From the NCBI RefSeq assembly GCF_009914755.1, contig NC_060929.1: 64,000 nt of DNA; one strand, 5' to 3'. This DNA is from the human T2T-CHM13v2.0 reference genome, Homo sapiens. The notes under the pieces were generated by a model. The model was not told the origin of the DNA. It saw nothing but the letters and a program-made list of their open reading frames with translations, and made no database searches. Positions 25,725-40,743 of the stretch are shown piece after piece (positions within the stretch are counted from its first letter, which is position 1; every line of letters begins with the position of its first letter). The translations under genes were made by a program, and so were the position numbers.

Positions 25725-27620
25725 GTAAGTGGAAATTCCTGTTAAGTATAAAGTTATTTGTCAGGTTGCCTCTTTAGGTATTTTGTAGAACATCAGTTAG
25801 AACTTCAGCTTTAAAAGCATGGTTTGTCTTACTTAACCTTGAGAAATAAAATGAGAGTGAGTGGCAAAGGTTTTATCAGAATAAAATTATAATTTTATTT
25901 TTCTCTCCAAATGAAACCTTTTCTATTTAATATGATATTTTGGAATTTTTCATTTGGTGATCTTTAGTAGTCTTTGTTGTATGTATCAAAAGCATGTTTA
26001 CTTAACCAAACCTGTGATGCCACTTTTAATAGTCATCTTTATACAGCTGAATGAGCCTGGCAGCCTGAGCCAGCAGGCCCTGAAAGTTCTCTTTCATTTC
26101 CATCTACCAGTTGGAAAGAATAATTTTTCTTCCTCTGTGTGTGCTTTGGCAAAATTTTATATCCTCCTAATCTTGTTGTGGCTCAAACAGATTCAGAGGA
26201 ACTACTTATATAAATAGCTGCTTGTTGGATATGTGGGAGCAAATTTGCTTGCTTGGTTGCCGTGGCGCATATTGGGTTCTGCAGTCATTTTGATGCTGAT
26301 GTTAACACATAGCACCTCCCATATAGTATTAGGACTGTAATGTCCTTGGAGAATACTGTGGAGTTGTATCATTTAAGAATTTGCTGACATAGAAACTACA
26401 TTTCCAAACCTCTAAGAAGCAACTCCTCTCAACAGACAAATCTGATATACACGGATGAGAAGTTAAAAGCAAAGAAAACCTACTTTAAGCAGGAGCACTT
26501 TGGCATCCGCCATCGGTTCCCTAGCTCTTCACCAAGTACTCTTTCCAATACGCCCCAATATTCATTATGTAAATTCATGTTAAAATGTTGAGGTTCCACA
26601 GATGACTACAGAAATACCATTTGTGTAAATGGGTAAAATAAAGACCAAATATAAATGCTGCCAATTTCCATCAAATATAAATGGCTTTTATTCACCCAAT
26701 AATATAAAGAAACATTAATATTACAATGTTAAAGAAGATATACTCACAATATTGATATTATCGATGACTGTGAGAAACTTTTGTTGCATTCATTTATAGT
26801 GATGAGCAGTGAGTAGAAAGGTGGATAAGAGAAATTTAATCTTCCTTTCAAGCAGATTATATACTAGTGGCTTTTAAAAAAATCTTAATTTGGCGAAGAA
26901 TGGTGCATTTCCTAAAATACCTGGGAAGCTGGAGAGCAAAAAGATGGTTTGGTTTTGCTTATTGTGAAGGTTCATTTGTCAGATAGTTTTATGCACTAGA
27001 TTTGGTTTCATTTGTTGAGGGGAGGCCGTTCCCTTGGAAGCCACAGGTCTCCTTGCTCCCTGTTCTAGGATCCTGAACCTGAAATTCCCAGGATCATTCT
27101 TCCCACTTTCCCACTCGCACTTTCTCTCCTCTCTTTCTCTTCTTCTGGCTCCTTTTTTCTCTTTCTTCCTAATATCTAATGTTGCAATTAGGGTTAGAGG
27201 CATGATGAGGATTGATGTGGCCAAGGTTGGGAGAAAGACGTGGCAGTTTCTTTTTACCTTAACTCAAGCCCTGTTGAGAATATGGAAACAAGATCAGAAT
27301 GGTATCATTTTAGATGTTTTACTTTCTAGTAAAGTACAACTGGGATCTTGAGTGTAAAATAGAATGGCATTGGCAAACATATGGATGGAGATGATAATGT
27401 TAGAATGAAAGGAGCATTGAAAATCTGCATTTAAGGGTCAGAGTTGAAGAGCTGTGCAATACTACCCTTAGACCTAGGCCAGAGAGAAAGCCGCCTGCCT
27501 TCCAGCTTTAGAGAGCTCCATCTGTCCGTCCTCCAGTTGCACCCCTCCCCACAGGGCACAAGTCAGTGGAGCCAAGGGTTGTGCCCACCTGGAGCTGGTG
27601 GACTTCATTCCTTTCTAGAC

Positions 27621-27830
27621 CTGCGCTGTCCAGTATGGCAACCACTAGCTACATGTGGCTATTTATATTTAAATGAATTGAAATAAAACCAAGTAAAATT
27701 CAGTTCTTCAAGCATATGAACCATATTTTAGGTGCTCTATGGCTACATGTGGCTAGTGGCTACTGTATTATATAATGCATATATTACAGAACATTTCCAT
27801 CAACACAGAAAGGTCTATGGAATAGTGCTA
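27621..27830. mobile_element. MER3 (hAT-Charlie)
   Basis: ctgcgctgtccagtatggcaaccactagctacatgtggcta with internal inverted copy. Confidence 0.75.
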
Positions 27831-28583
27831 GGACTATGCTCCCAAATCCAGTACCCCAGAATTCTCCGGCCACTGGTCCTGGGTCTGTTTCGGCCTGTGC
27901 AGGCCATTTTCCTGGGACAGTCCTCCTGATGGTGGACCACATTGCTGGTATATGCACCCCTAGGCCTGCGGGGTGGCCAAAGGGTGAGTCTTTATGGGGA
28001 ATGGGGGAGGGGACAGTGGACAGAGCTTTGATGTCCACTTGTGTGCACAGAGCTCTTTAAAGCTCTGTGTTAGAGCAGGAGGTGAGAAGAGAATGGGTGG
28101 TCTTAGGGCTCAGGAATTAGGGATCAGCTCTCCCTTTGCTGTATGAACCTCTGAAGAATCTGAGAATTTAAATATAAATCTTGCCTGCCAGGCTTTTATG
28201 ATGATGTATTTGTCAAAACAGAAGTATAGAATATCTTTTATATAACAGTTTGTTTTCTTGATTTACAGCGTTTAAATATTTAGGTGTGTGGTGGGTGGGC
28301 CTCCATTTGGACTTTTGCCCCAGGCCTTGCAAGCTAGGGCACAGGCCTGAAGCTACGTAAATGCACCTGAGAGAGATTTTTAGTTTGTAAAGGACAGATT
28401 TTAAAGAAATTTGTTCAAGAGAAGAAAGCGAAGTTTCCTGGCTCATGGGAACATCTGTAGACATAGAGGCAGCTCTGTTCCTGCTTTAATTTCACTAATA
28501 TTAACTGTGGTGGTTGCCCACTGAGAAAATTATTACCAGCCACACAATTGTAGTGCTTGGCTTTCTCGAGTATTCAAGAGAGT

Positions 28584-28720
28584 AGCTGCGTGGGATGGCA
28601 TGCACTTATAATCCCAGTGACTTGGAAGGCTGAGGCGGGAGGATCCCTTGAGTCCAGGAGTTTGAGTCTAGCTTGAGCAACATAGTGATACTCCATTTCT
28701 AAAATTAAAAAAAAAAAAAA
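28584..28720 (+). mobile_element. Alu monomer (FLAM)
   Basis: Single arm plus A tail. Confidence 0.8.
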
Positions 28721-28776
28721 GAATATATATATATATTTGTTAAATTTGAAAAAGAGAACCAACAATTCCTTCCTTG

Positions 28777-29249
28777 AAAAAAAAACTTTTATTTTAGGTT
28801 CAGGGGTACATATTTGTTATACGGGTAAATTGCATGTCACAGGGGTTTAGTGTTCAGATTATTTCACTAACCAGGTAATAAACATAGTACATGGTAGATA
28901 GTTTTCTGATCCTCACCCTCCTCCCTCCCACCACCCTCTCAAGTAGGCTCTGGTGTCTGCCGGTCACTTCTTTGTGTCCATATGTACTCAATGTTTAGCT
29001 CCCACTTATAAGTGAGAACATGTGGTATTTGGTTTCTTGTTCCTGTTAGTTCGTTTAGGATAATGGCCTCTAGCTCCATCCATTTTGCCGCAAAGGACAT
29101 AGTTTCATTCTTTTTATGTCTGCATAGTATTCCATCGTGTATATGCGCCACGTTTTCTTTATCCAGTCTATCGGTGATGGACATTTAAGTTGACTCTATG
29201 TCATTGCTGTTGTGAATAGTGCATGTTTCTTTGTGGCAGAATGATTAAT
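28777..29249 (-). mobile_element. 5'-truncated primate L1 (old L1PA/L1PB) 3' end
   Basis: gctcccacttataagtgagaacatgtggtatttgg; TSD aacaattccttc at 28761 and 29250. Confidence 0.88.
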
Positions 29250-29476
29250 AACAATTCCTTCTTGAGTGGATAGTTTATTTATGTTCAGAGAAGGCACAAT
29301 CTGCTCCACTCGATTCATTTTTTAAATAAAAACATTGTTTATATGTGTTTGCTAATGCATACGTATAAATGGTACTGACGTTTAAAATGTTTGACAATTG
29401 TGACTTCAGATGCAAATTTTCATGTTGGATATATAGTTTTGTTGGATCTTCAATTAAAATTTGATTCCTGTTTTAG

Positions 29477-29588
29477 TTGGAGTATTTTATGATTCAAGCC
29501 TTAAATCAGAAGACAAGTGAAAAAATGAAGAAAAGAAAAATGAGCAACTCCTTTCATGGAATTAGACCACCTCAACTTGAACAACCAG
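29477..29588 (+). CDS. RHOBTB3: RHOBTB3 exon 5 (112 nt)
   Basis: ttttag|TTG; LEYFMIQALNQKTSEKMKKRKMS...QLEQP; donor G|gtgcat; phase 0 to 1. Confidence 0.96.
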
Positions 29589-30086
29589 GTGCATTTCTTA
29601 GCCAATGTCTAGACATTCATTAAACATTCATTACAGATCCTTTCTCACAGGTCTTAGAGCAATTATTCTCAAACTTGAGCATGCTCAGAGCTTACCTGAC
29701 ATTCTGATTCAGTCAACCTGGGATAAGGCCTAGAATCTGTGTTAATCAGCCTCCCAAGTGATGCAAAAGCAGATTGGTACTTGAATCACATTTTGAGAAA
29801 TACTGCTTTAAAAATTGAGCCTATAGATCCTATGTGTCCTAGGTGGGGAGCTGTTCTAGATTAAAGTCTAATGCTAAGTTACTACTAAATGCAATGCATG
29901 AACCTTGATTGGATACTGGTTCAATAAAAACATCTAAAAGATGTTCTTGGGACATGGGTTAAATTTTAATACGGACTGGAAATTAGATTATATCATGTAA
30001 TTACTGTTAATTTTCTTATGCATCATAATGGTATTGTGATGAATAGGAGAATGTTCCTGTTCCCAGGAGATGAAGGTGAACGTAGA

Positions 30087-30395
<309 letters not shown>

Positions 30396-30442
30396 TTAGA
30401 GCCAAAGGATCCTGATATCTGCAACTTTTAAATATTTCAGCT

Positions 30443-30470
30443 GTGTGTATGTGTGTGTGTTGATGTGTGG

Positions 30471-30503
<33 letters not shown>
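30443..30503. repeat. (TG)n microsatellite
   Basis: Imperfect then pure TG run. Confidence 0.95.
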
Positions 30504-30505
<2 letters not shown>

Positions 30506-31064
30506 TTTCTGTCTCTCTAGAGATAAGGGGAAAATAAAAAATGTTAATAATTGCAAAATCCACGTGAGGGATATATGTGAAGGGTATATGTGTGTTCATT
30601 GCATCATTCTTTCAACTTTTTTGACTGTTTGAAAATATTTTTAATACAAAGTTCAGGGCAAATAAACTTTAAAATAAATAAATTATATCAACTGTTATCA
30701 GAATTTTCTGCATGATTTTGTAATAGAAATAGTAGGATAGCACTTTGTTGGATCAATGTCCTTTGGAATTTAAGGGACCTCATCTCTTTAAAAAAGTGCA
30801 GATATATAGACCACATATATATATAAATGATACACACTTGGCTTTTAATTTCCTGGTGTGCAAAGTGAAAGGGGAGACATGGTCTATTAGGTTGCAAACC
30901 CTTGGGCCTTAAATCCTTTCTGGATTAGAAAATGGGTGGGAAATGACCACATAAATAATGTAGATAGTTAGTTCTTAGTTCTTATTAATCAAGAAGACAA
31001 AATATACCAGATCCTCAGAGAAAGCAAAACATTACATGTCATTTAGCTTTAAAAGAAATATCTT

Positions 31065-31358
31065 GGCCCAGGTATGGTGGCTCATGCCTATAATTCCAGC
31101 ACTTTGGGAGGCCAAGGTGGGCAGATCACCAGGGGTCAGGAGTTCGAGACCAGTCTGGCCAACATGGTGAAACCCCGTTTCTACTAAAAATACAAAAATT
31201 AGCCGGGCATGATGGCGACGCCTGTAGTCCCAGCTACTCGGAAGGCTGAGGCAGAGCTGCATGAACCAGGGTGGCAGAGGTTGCAGTGAGCCAAGATCAT
31301 ACCACTGCACTCCAGTGAGACTCTGTCTCAAAAAAAAAGAAAAGAAAAGAAAAGAAAA
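31065..31358 (+). mobile_element. AluS in intron 5
   Basis: Dimeric Alu with (AAAAG)n tail. Confidence 0.93.
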
Positions 31359-32633
31359 ATCTCTTGTGTGGGTCTTCATGTGAGGGCACTAAGTGATATA
31401 GTGGACAGGGCTTTCAAAAGTGTCTCTTCAGGAAATGCAGCCTCAGCGTTCACAAGGCTGTTTCTTGTACTCTTCTGTTAAGAGAGCTGTGTGTATAACA
31501 CTAAAGATATTCCAGAGGTTCAGAATAATACAGTCTGGGTACATATTTGGGGCTGATTTGTTCCAAGGACGGATCCTGGGCTCTGGGGCACATGGCATTT
31601 AGGGTTCTGTAAAGGGGCCACAGGCAGTAGAAGGGAGGAGGGTGGACTGGAATACAGTGCAGGGAGAGCCTGGCCTCCAAAGGACTTCGTTATTATCTGT
31701 TTTATAGGCTGGGGTTTGCTTTGGAATCAAGCATTTTTATTGCTAAAGAAGTTTGAATTCTACTGATTTAGACGGTTGCATACCCTTCAAACAACCCTTC
31801 ACAAATGTCACTTTCCTCAGCTCCTCTGGATAAAAATGAGATGGCAGATGTTTTACAGTTAGGGTCTGTGGTGAGGGCCTGGAGTGTAGGTATTCTGAGT
31901 TGATTGAGGGCTCATCTCTCTTTGTTGGTGATCAAACTAGTAAACTGAAGGTTATATTCTCTTTTAGAAATTAGGGAGCTGAGTTAGCACTTTTGCTGAA
32001 GTGTTTTACTAGAAGGAAAAAATGCTAGTTTTGGAATCCAAATAAAGGGGTCACAATGTTTTCAAACGATCGAGTTCAAGACTCTGAGCCTTGACTCTGA
32101 GAAGTTGCACAATTTTAACAGCTCAGCCCTCTACCTCTACTTCTGGTCCCAGGAGGAAAAGGACTTCAGATGTGAGATTGGGTTCTTTGGAACTTATTCA
32201 GTACTTTGAATTTTTAAAATCAAAGGTAAAAGTAAAGAAGGATGACTGTGAAATACTAAAGTTCAGTATTTGGCGGCTTGTTTTATTTTGGGACACACAA
32301 GTAAGAAGAAATGTTATTTTATTGTTCCGTACGTCATTAGTGGGTTTTTCATTTGCTCTATAAAATGTAAATAAACATAGTATTTGTGTGTCTGTGTTAT
32401 AACATTCTACAGTTCCTGAATAATTAGTTTATATATGTTTATAAATTAGGTTAAGCAGTAGTAGAAAATCGCTGTTTTTGTGCATCAAAAAATGGTTAAA
32501 TATTGGCTGTTTCTTATGCTTTAACCTAATAATATTTTAAAATATTATACAATTATATTTAAAGTAAACATGAAATTGTTGGGTCTGTAAACCTGAAAGG
32601 AGTTTATTATTTTTATTTTCTTTTTCAAAACAG

Positions 32634-32999
32634 AAAAAATGCCTGTCTTAAAGGCTGAAGCGTCACATTATAACTCTGACTTAAATAACTTGCTGTTCTG
32701 CTGCCAGTGTGTGGACGTGGTATTTTACAACCCCAATTTAAAGAAAGTTGTAGAGGCCCACAAGATCGTTCTCTGCGCTGTAAGCCATGTTTTCATGCTG
32801 CTTTTCAATGTGAAGAGTCCCACTGACATTCAGGATTCCAGTATCATCCGAACTACCCAGGATCTTTTTGCTATAAACAGAGATACTGCATTTCCAGGTG
32901 CTAGCCATGAATCTTCAGGCAACCCACCATTACGAGTCATTGTTAAAGACGCCCTCTTCTGTTCTTGTTTATCAGACATCCTTCGCTTCATTTATTCAG
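32634..32999 (+). CDS. RHOBTB3: RHOBTB3 exon 6 (366 nt), first BTB domain
   Basis: aaacag|AA; EKMPVLK...DVVF...AHKIVLCAVSHVF...LRFIYS (BTB motifs); donor G|gtatct; phase 1 to 1. Confidence 0.97.
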
Positions 33000-33219
33000 G
33001 TATCTTGTCAAGTGGTTCTGGTTACTTACAATCTCATAAGCTTTGGAAATGAAATGTGCCTGTGACACTCAAGGGTACTGGTTAGTTTTACAGTGGTCTT
33101 TACCTACCATCTGAGATTAAGATTATACATGAAATATTATTTGCTTTATATATAAGAATTGGTCCAAGCTTTCTGTTTTCCTTACAAATGTACTTGCCTC
33201 ATCTTTTCCCTATCAATTT

Positions 33220-34020
33220 CATTTTATTGTGGTAAAATACATAGAACATAAATTTTACCATCTTAACCATTTTTAAGAACACAGTTCAGTGGAATTAAAC
33301 ACATTCATAATGTTGTGTAACTATCACCACCATCCGTGTCCATAATTCTTTGCATCTTATAAAACTGAAACTCTATACCCATTAAACGATGATTCCCCAT
33401 TCCGACCTCTTTCCAGCCCCTGACAGCCACCATTCTACTTTCTGTCTCTGTGATTTTAACTCTCCTAAGTGCCTCATGTAAGTGGAATCATACAGTATTT
33501 GTCATTTTGTGATTGATGTATTTTACTTAGCATAATGTCTTAAAGGTTCATCCAAGTTGTGGCATGTATCAGGATTTTCTTCCTTTTAAGGTTGATAATA
33601 TTCTGTAGTACATATAGACCACATTTTGTTTACCCATTCATTCATCCATGGACGCTTGGGTTGCTTCCACTGTTTTAGCTATTGTGAGTAATGCTGCTGT
33701 GAACATAGTGTACAAATATCTCTTTTGAGACTCTGCTTTTATTTTATTTTTTGCATATATACACAGAAGTGGAATTGCTGGATCACATGGTAATTCTGTT
33801 TTTGATTTTTTACTGCCATACTGTTTTCCACACTAGCTATACCACTTTATGTGCCTACAAACTGTGCACAAGGGTTCCAATTTCTCCACATCCTTGCCAA
33901 CACTTGCTGTTTATTTTTTTTAATAGTAGCCATCTTAATGGGTTTGATGTGGTATCTAATTCTGGTATTGATTTGCATTTCCCTAATGATTAGTGATATC
34001 AAGCATCTTTTCATATGTTT
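33220..34020 (-). mobile_element. L1MB-like 3' fragment
   Basis: ttttattgtggtaaaatacat...gatttgcatttccctaatgattagtgat. Confidence 0.85.
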
Positions 34021-35942
34021 TTGTATTTGCCTTGGTTTTAAATCTACTTGTAAAAACCATAATCTGCCAAACAAGTATGTTAATATTTTATTTCTTTAAA
34101 AAACATCCAAAATATGAAATGTGAGAATTTATTGTCCAATTTAGTTTTAAAGACATAAAATATTCCAAGAGTAAATGAAATCAAGTGTCTACACCTTAAA
34201 ACCTAGCTATTCACTCTTCGGTTTGACTCTTAGGTTTTGTAGGGCGTGAAAGAGAGAATTGCATTCAGCTTACGGACTGGAAATCAATATCCAGTGTTAG
34301 TTGAGGTCTAATTAACTTTGGCTATGACTATCATAGACGTTACTTTTTTTTTTCCTTACTGTGCCCTTTCTTTTTAAGATTTAGCTTATCAAGTATTTTT
34401 CTCTTTGCCCTTTTAAAAACTCAGTAGCAACTATATTTTAAAGATGGAAGTTCTATCTGAGTCATTTTAGCAAATGAATTGAAGGTCTTACATCTAAGTG
34501 TCCCATGTAAGAGTGGAAAAGAACAGATGTAAAATGAATTTTAATGTAAGCATCTAAATATAAGTTTTCTCAGAACTCCTGTCTTTAATTTTCTTTACCC
34601 ACTTCAAATCATGTAGCGATAACCTGTTAGGCTAAGGTCACTCCTGCTCTGCAGTGTGTCTGGAGAAACATTTATAATTAATTTGTTTTTAGGGTTCAAG
34701 TAAAGCCTAATTGGGAACAGACAAAAAGTTTAAGGTTTGCAAGGCAAGTATCATTTCATACAGGTAGGGAAATTTGGGGCAGCCTTTATTTAAGTAATTG
34801 ATGTTAAAAATAAGGTATTACTTTGTTCATGTGGTTTGTGGTCATGTAATTTTATAAGTTAAAACTTAAATTATGATTTTGAAAAGTACAGTTGCAGCAC
34901 GCAGATTTATGTGGATAAAAAATACATATTGGAGTAGAATGTGGTGCTAGGTTAGTGAAATATTGGCTTGGAAAAAGCATAAATTAAGCACCTGTACAGC
35001 ACACACCCAGCACATTGCCTTCAACGGGTTCTCTGTAAGTTTTAGTTGAATTAAAGAGTAGGCTCCAGTAGCCGGGCATCATCATATCAGTAAGCCAAAC
35101 TATTTAAAGACTTCATTTAGTACTATAGATTTTGACGTTTAAACTTAGAATGTCACAGTTCAGAATTTAAGATTTTGAAAAACTAACATGTTTACATGTT
35201 AAGAGAAAAAAGATGTTTTTAATCATATGTTTAAGGAACTGTGAGGGATGTGACTTTTGTATGATAATTTTCTGTTGAAATTACATGAATTATTCAGTAG
35301 GCTTCCACAATTATTATTGACTACTTTCAAAGGCATATGAGCACTCTGACGTCTTATATCCTTTTTAACATAGTAGCAGTAAAATAGCTAGATGTATCTC
35401 CAGTGGCTGATCCTGCCTAGCTTTCTCCTAGGGGGAGTGCTTTATTTAATTGCAAAATTAATACAGGCAGATGGAAAAAAAGAGAAAGAAAAGAAAAAAG
35501 TTATCCTTCTACCCTAGACCCTTTCCCCGGAGTCATTTACCTGTTGTAATTTTTTTATGCACTCATTCTGATACTGTTTGAAAGAGATTAATATTCTGGG
35601 GACATTTGATTAATAAAAGTGTAATCCTAGGTATCTGCTGCTTTCCAGGGATCACAGGCCGTTTCCCATGGCTGGAGCGTAGAGTGAAAGGTGATGGCTG
35701 GTGGGTGATGAGGTGGGCAAGGCCTGTGGAAGCTGTTCCTGCTGCTCTTAGACTTGTGCTAGAGTTTTAAGCATGATCAGACTGGGCTTTAGAAAGCTCA
35801 TCTCTGGTTGTGGTTGCAGGGTGGAACAGTGCGGCCAAGACAGGCATTCAATCAGGAGGTCCCATTACTCTGGCGATCAGCCTCAGGAAGGCCAACATTC
35901 AGACAGTGGGTGGCCCTGCCATTGGCCCTTCATCGTCTAGAC

Positions 35943-36110
35943 CAGTGCTTTTCAAACCTTAAAGTGTGTGCAGATCATCTGAGGATCTTGTTCCTGTGGA
36001 GATTCTGATTCAGTTACCTGGAGTGGGGCATGAGATTCTGCATTTCCAGTAGTCTCCGAGGTGGTGCTGGATCTCTGGACTGCCAGAAGCAGCTGGAATA
36101 CCTGCTTTTG
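35943..36110. mobile_element. MER5-like (hAT-Charlie)
   Basis: cagtgcttttcaaac...gattctgattcagt...gattctgcattt. Confidence 0.65.
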
Positions 36111-38550
36111 GAAGAACTGGGAACCAGCCAAAACCAGCAAACTAGGGCCTAGAATTCAGTGCAGAGGCCCAGGAAGGCTACCAAGTTAACAGCTTAGGAT
36201 TCAAAGTAAAAATGGGGTGAGCTGTAAGGCTGACTGATGCAGTGCTATTCAGAACTGGGGCTCTCAGTGCCCTGTGTGTCCCTGACGCGAGGAAAAATGG
36301 ATGCCTAGTGGTTGGGTGGAAATTAAGTAAGCCTGGAATAGGGATTGGAGGGCAGGCAGGCATGATGGTGTGGAGAGCCTGCTGAGCTACAGGTCTTCAA
36401 CCAGTTCAGAGTCCTGGCTTCTTAACCTGACACTGACCCGTCCCATTTCGGCTGTGATCTCTCCTTGTACGTCACGGCCAAAGCCGGAGGTGCTGTCTGG
36501 TCTGAGCAGGGGCACGGGCCATTGACCCGGGGCTGCAGAGATCCAGATGCTGGTTAAGGAAAAGGGAAAATAACTGGTTCTGCAGGTATCTATTTATTAT
36601 TCTTTAATTATTTACAGATTACAACCTCTGGCTCAAGGAAAAGTTTCATTTACATTATGTTAAAAAGAGATATCAAAGCTGTATTTGCACAGAAAAGACA
36701 ATTTTGAAAAATGCTGAAAATTAAGAGAAAAAAATTTACCCAGATTCCACTATCAACAGAAAATGTTTAAACATTTATTGCTTTGTTTGATCCTCTAGTC
36801 ATTTGTTTGTGTATGAATAAGTGACACTGTTTTTGAAAAAATGTATTTTGTAATCAAATCAAACAAAAATTTTAAACCTACGTTTTTCTCAGAGACTTCA
36901 GTAAATGGGCCAGGCTTGTTTTGTTTTGTTTTTGTTTTAACATTTTTAAACCTGTGAATAGAATACAAGTGTTAAGGCACAGTTATGCAGTGGTTTTCCC
37001 ACAGAAGTGCTGTGGTCTGCCCTTGGGTTATGCTAGAGAACCATTGAAGACAGGAGTTGTTTGTTTGTGTTCCCATCAGATGGGTTGGTAAAGCAGAGGT
37101 TGAACTCCATCATGTGCTCAGGAATATTTGCCTTGAGCAAACACGGGCTAGAGAGTTATAATAAGCCTATCTCCTGTCCTTGTTTTTTTTTTTTTTAAAG
37201 AACCAGATTACAAAGAATATCTTAATTCTTTTTAAATAACATGCTTTTTTTAACCTTTAGGAATTTGAAATTTGGTGTGTGTTATGTCACCATGAACATT
37301 TGGTTCGTTATTTAGGAGCGACCTGTTTAACAACAGTCCGGTTAACATTTTACACCTATCTATTCCTATTCAAATTTTTGATTCAGTAGACACAGTCAAG
37401 GTATATCTGTTTTGTATACGTTAGTTTTCTATTGAATAACAACAAACACTGCATAATGTATAAGTACTTAACTACTAATCCTAAGGAATGAGGAGTAATG
37501 TGATAAGTGAAGCCAGCCCTTTCCTGGTCTTCAGGGAGTAATTCTTACATGGCATACAATTGTAACATTCTTATAATACTTGATACAGTGTTATGGTTGC
37601 ACATTCTTGAGTCATATGATCTCAGATGGTTAGGAAGTGAAGTATTTGTAAGAACCTCAAGAATTTAGCTTTGAGCTCTTCCTGCCACAGATGGCCCTTA
37701 GAGTTTCACATCACTTATTGAAATGCCATCTGAGTAGACAAATATGTGGAAGCAAGCTTTCATCTTCAGTTTACATTCTCCAGTTCTTAGAATCATTCCG
37801 TGGCATGTCCTTTTCTGTATTGCATAAAAACACAGCCTAGTATACATGAGTATACCATGCGCTCTAAAAGTCTAAGTGGATTCAGTGCTTTAAGAAGTTA
37901 ACTAAAGAAAATCCCAGTCAGTGATGCAAGATGTCATCCTGCCCTTGTCTGCAGTTGATCAATCAGTAAAGTTATGCAAGATGAGTAAGTTCTGGAGACC
38001 TGCTGTATGACATTGTGCCTATTGTTAATGATATCGCATTATATACTTAAAGTTTTCTAAGAGGGTAAATCTGATGTTAAATGTTTTTACCACTGAAAAA
38101 ATAAAAGGAAAGTCCCAGCCTTAGGATTACTGGTTTATTAGGACCTAAAAGTCTCAAAGATGACTTGATTAATGTTTCTAATTATGAAAACAGCCCAATC
38201 AGCAGTGTGCTCTTGAGAATTAGTCTTACTTTCATTTTCAGTGAGTGATTCTTCCTGTGTGTGTTCTCAGACAGTTCAGTGGCCTGTGGGGATTTACCTG
38301 CTACTGATTCCATCTATTTAGATTATTTGATGCTTGCTTGCTTTTAGATAATCTTCTGAATGGAGATATTTTATAGGTGTTTTTCAGTTAATATGCTTTT
38401 ACTTAAATAACAATGTAACTTTTACATATATAAGTATGTAAAAGAACACAGAGACAGTACTTATGTTCTTCTTTAGATTGGATGAGTGCAGACATAAAAA
38501 ATACTTACATGTTCCCTTTCCTGCATACCACTAACACTGGGTTTGGATAA

Positions 38551-38862
<312 letters not shown>

Positions 38863-40743
38863 TAGGGTCACCAGGGAGAATTTTAAAACACTGATGCCAG
38901 GGGCTTCAGGCCCAGAAATTCTAATTCACTTGATCTGGAGATGAGACCTCCTCTCATGGTATTTTATAAAAGATCTCAGGTATTTATAATACACAGGTAT
39001 GGTTGATAATCACTGGCATAGAGTAATTTTCTTGATCTGGGATCCATTGGCTTCTAAGGGGTTCTTACACTCTCACATTGTTATACTGACTTTAATGTTT
39101 GTGTGCACATGAAATTTTCTGGTCATACAATCCCAAGAATTTATGAGATGGGAAAAGAGGATGTGGCCACACAGTTAAAAAGCATTCATGCAGAAAGAGA
39201 AAAACAGAAATCATAGAGCTCTTCTACACTACACAGCTTTGAGAATTTGAGGAGGAAGGGGAGCAATCAGTGAAAGCATAAAAAGAGCTAGCAAAGGCAG
39301 AAAGAAGCAGTGGTGTGCTGGAGCTGGCACCAGCTTGTGAGAGCCCAGTTGTGTTTATCATCCCCATTTCCTTGTTCTGTGATGTCATGTTGATAGCATC
39401 AAAAAATGGCAAATGCTACATATCATTTGACTCCCTCCCCCAGGAGACACTGTAAGTATTAGGAAGGCCAGGTGGGGAGAAGTTGAAAGGATATGCATTA
39501 GTGCTTAGTGCTGCAGGGCTCAGCTGTAAGAGCCTGAGAGCTTCTGGACTTGCAATCTGCCCCTTCCAATTGGATTTGGTTTTAGTTGGTACAGACTGGC
39601 TGCAATTGCCTGATCTCATTGGTTTAATAAGTGTTTATGTGCCTGCCTCATTCCCCAATATCCATGAAGGCATCTGGTGAGTGCTGAATACAGGAATGAA
39701 AACATCAGAAGAAATGAACTGAGAGCAGATAAAAAAGGGTCTTGAATTACCCAGAGAGGTGAAGTGACTCATCACACTAGTAGTTAATAGCTGAGGTAGA
39801 ACTGGATCCTAGGTCTCCTAACTATAGCCCACACTAGGCTTCTTGAATTATATTTTTATGAGATAGGACCTTCTATAAATCATAGGATGGATGCGTGTAA
39901 TCTCTTGGAATGTCATGATCAGATTCGTGCTTTTGAAAACTCACCAGCTTTGAGTAATAGGATGGATTTGATGGGGAAAAGGCTGTTAGGAAGCAGGGAG
40001 GTTGGATAGGAAGTTGCTGCAGACCAAGTAAGAGAAGTCCTTGGGGAAAAGGTCAGCTTTTGCTGACCATAGAATAAGAATTTTGCAAGACATAGAGGAA
40101 AAGAGGCTGACAGAGTGGGAGAAGTGAAATGAGCCTAGGAAGAGAGTTTTGAAGTGGGCTAGGGAAAGGCAAAGGACAGTGGGGTGATTTTGCTCCGATG
40201 ACATGAGCTACGTGGACGAGTAGCTCCCTTCCTCAGGCTGGTTTTGTAGAGTTGGCTCTCAAGCATCCCAGTCTGCCCCTGACAATGCTTGAGACCTTCT
40301 GAATGCATTCTGTTGCTGCTGCATGTTCCTCTACCTGATGATAGTCACTGCTGCCCGTAACTGGTAAGATTTAATTCACCCTTGGGAAAGACCACATCTA
40401 CCTTTTTACTCAGGGCAAGTAAATAATTTGGGTGCTGGACCACTTGTCATGGGAACTCATATTCTGACCATTGCTGTTATCACTAGCTGCCCACCTATTG
40501 CAGAGAGGTAGCAGCAGTCTGGGGAGGAAGACTTCAGATTTTGAGAAATAATTTAGGGGAAGTTAAACTGATCGTTTTGAAATGTGAGTACTGTTTAAAT
40601 GTTTTAGTATAGTTATAAGGATGTATATCTGGTAAAGAAAAATTAAAGCACTAAAAAAAGGGAATGTTGTATTTAATAAGAGATTTACTTTTGTTACTTC
40701 CTCATTTAACAGAAAAATCCAGCATGTACTAATTTGTTTACAG

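Noticed and set aside
32634-32651. Circle-encoded tail KKKCLS as a prenylation signal
   Set aside because: Cys is third from the end, not fourth, so it is not a CaaX box.
33000-33052. Read-through of the exon 6 ORF into intron 6 (similar at exons 2, 3, 4 and 10)
   Set aside because: Short run-ons to the first intronic stop are expected; the sequence alone gives no evidence for a terminal exon.
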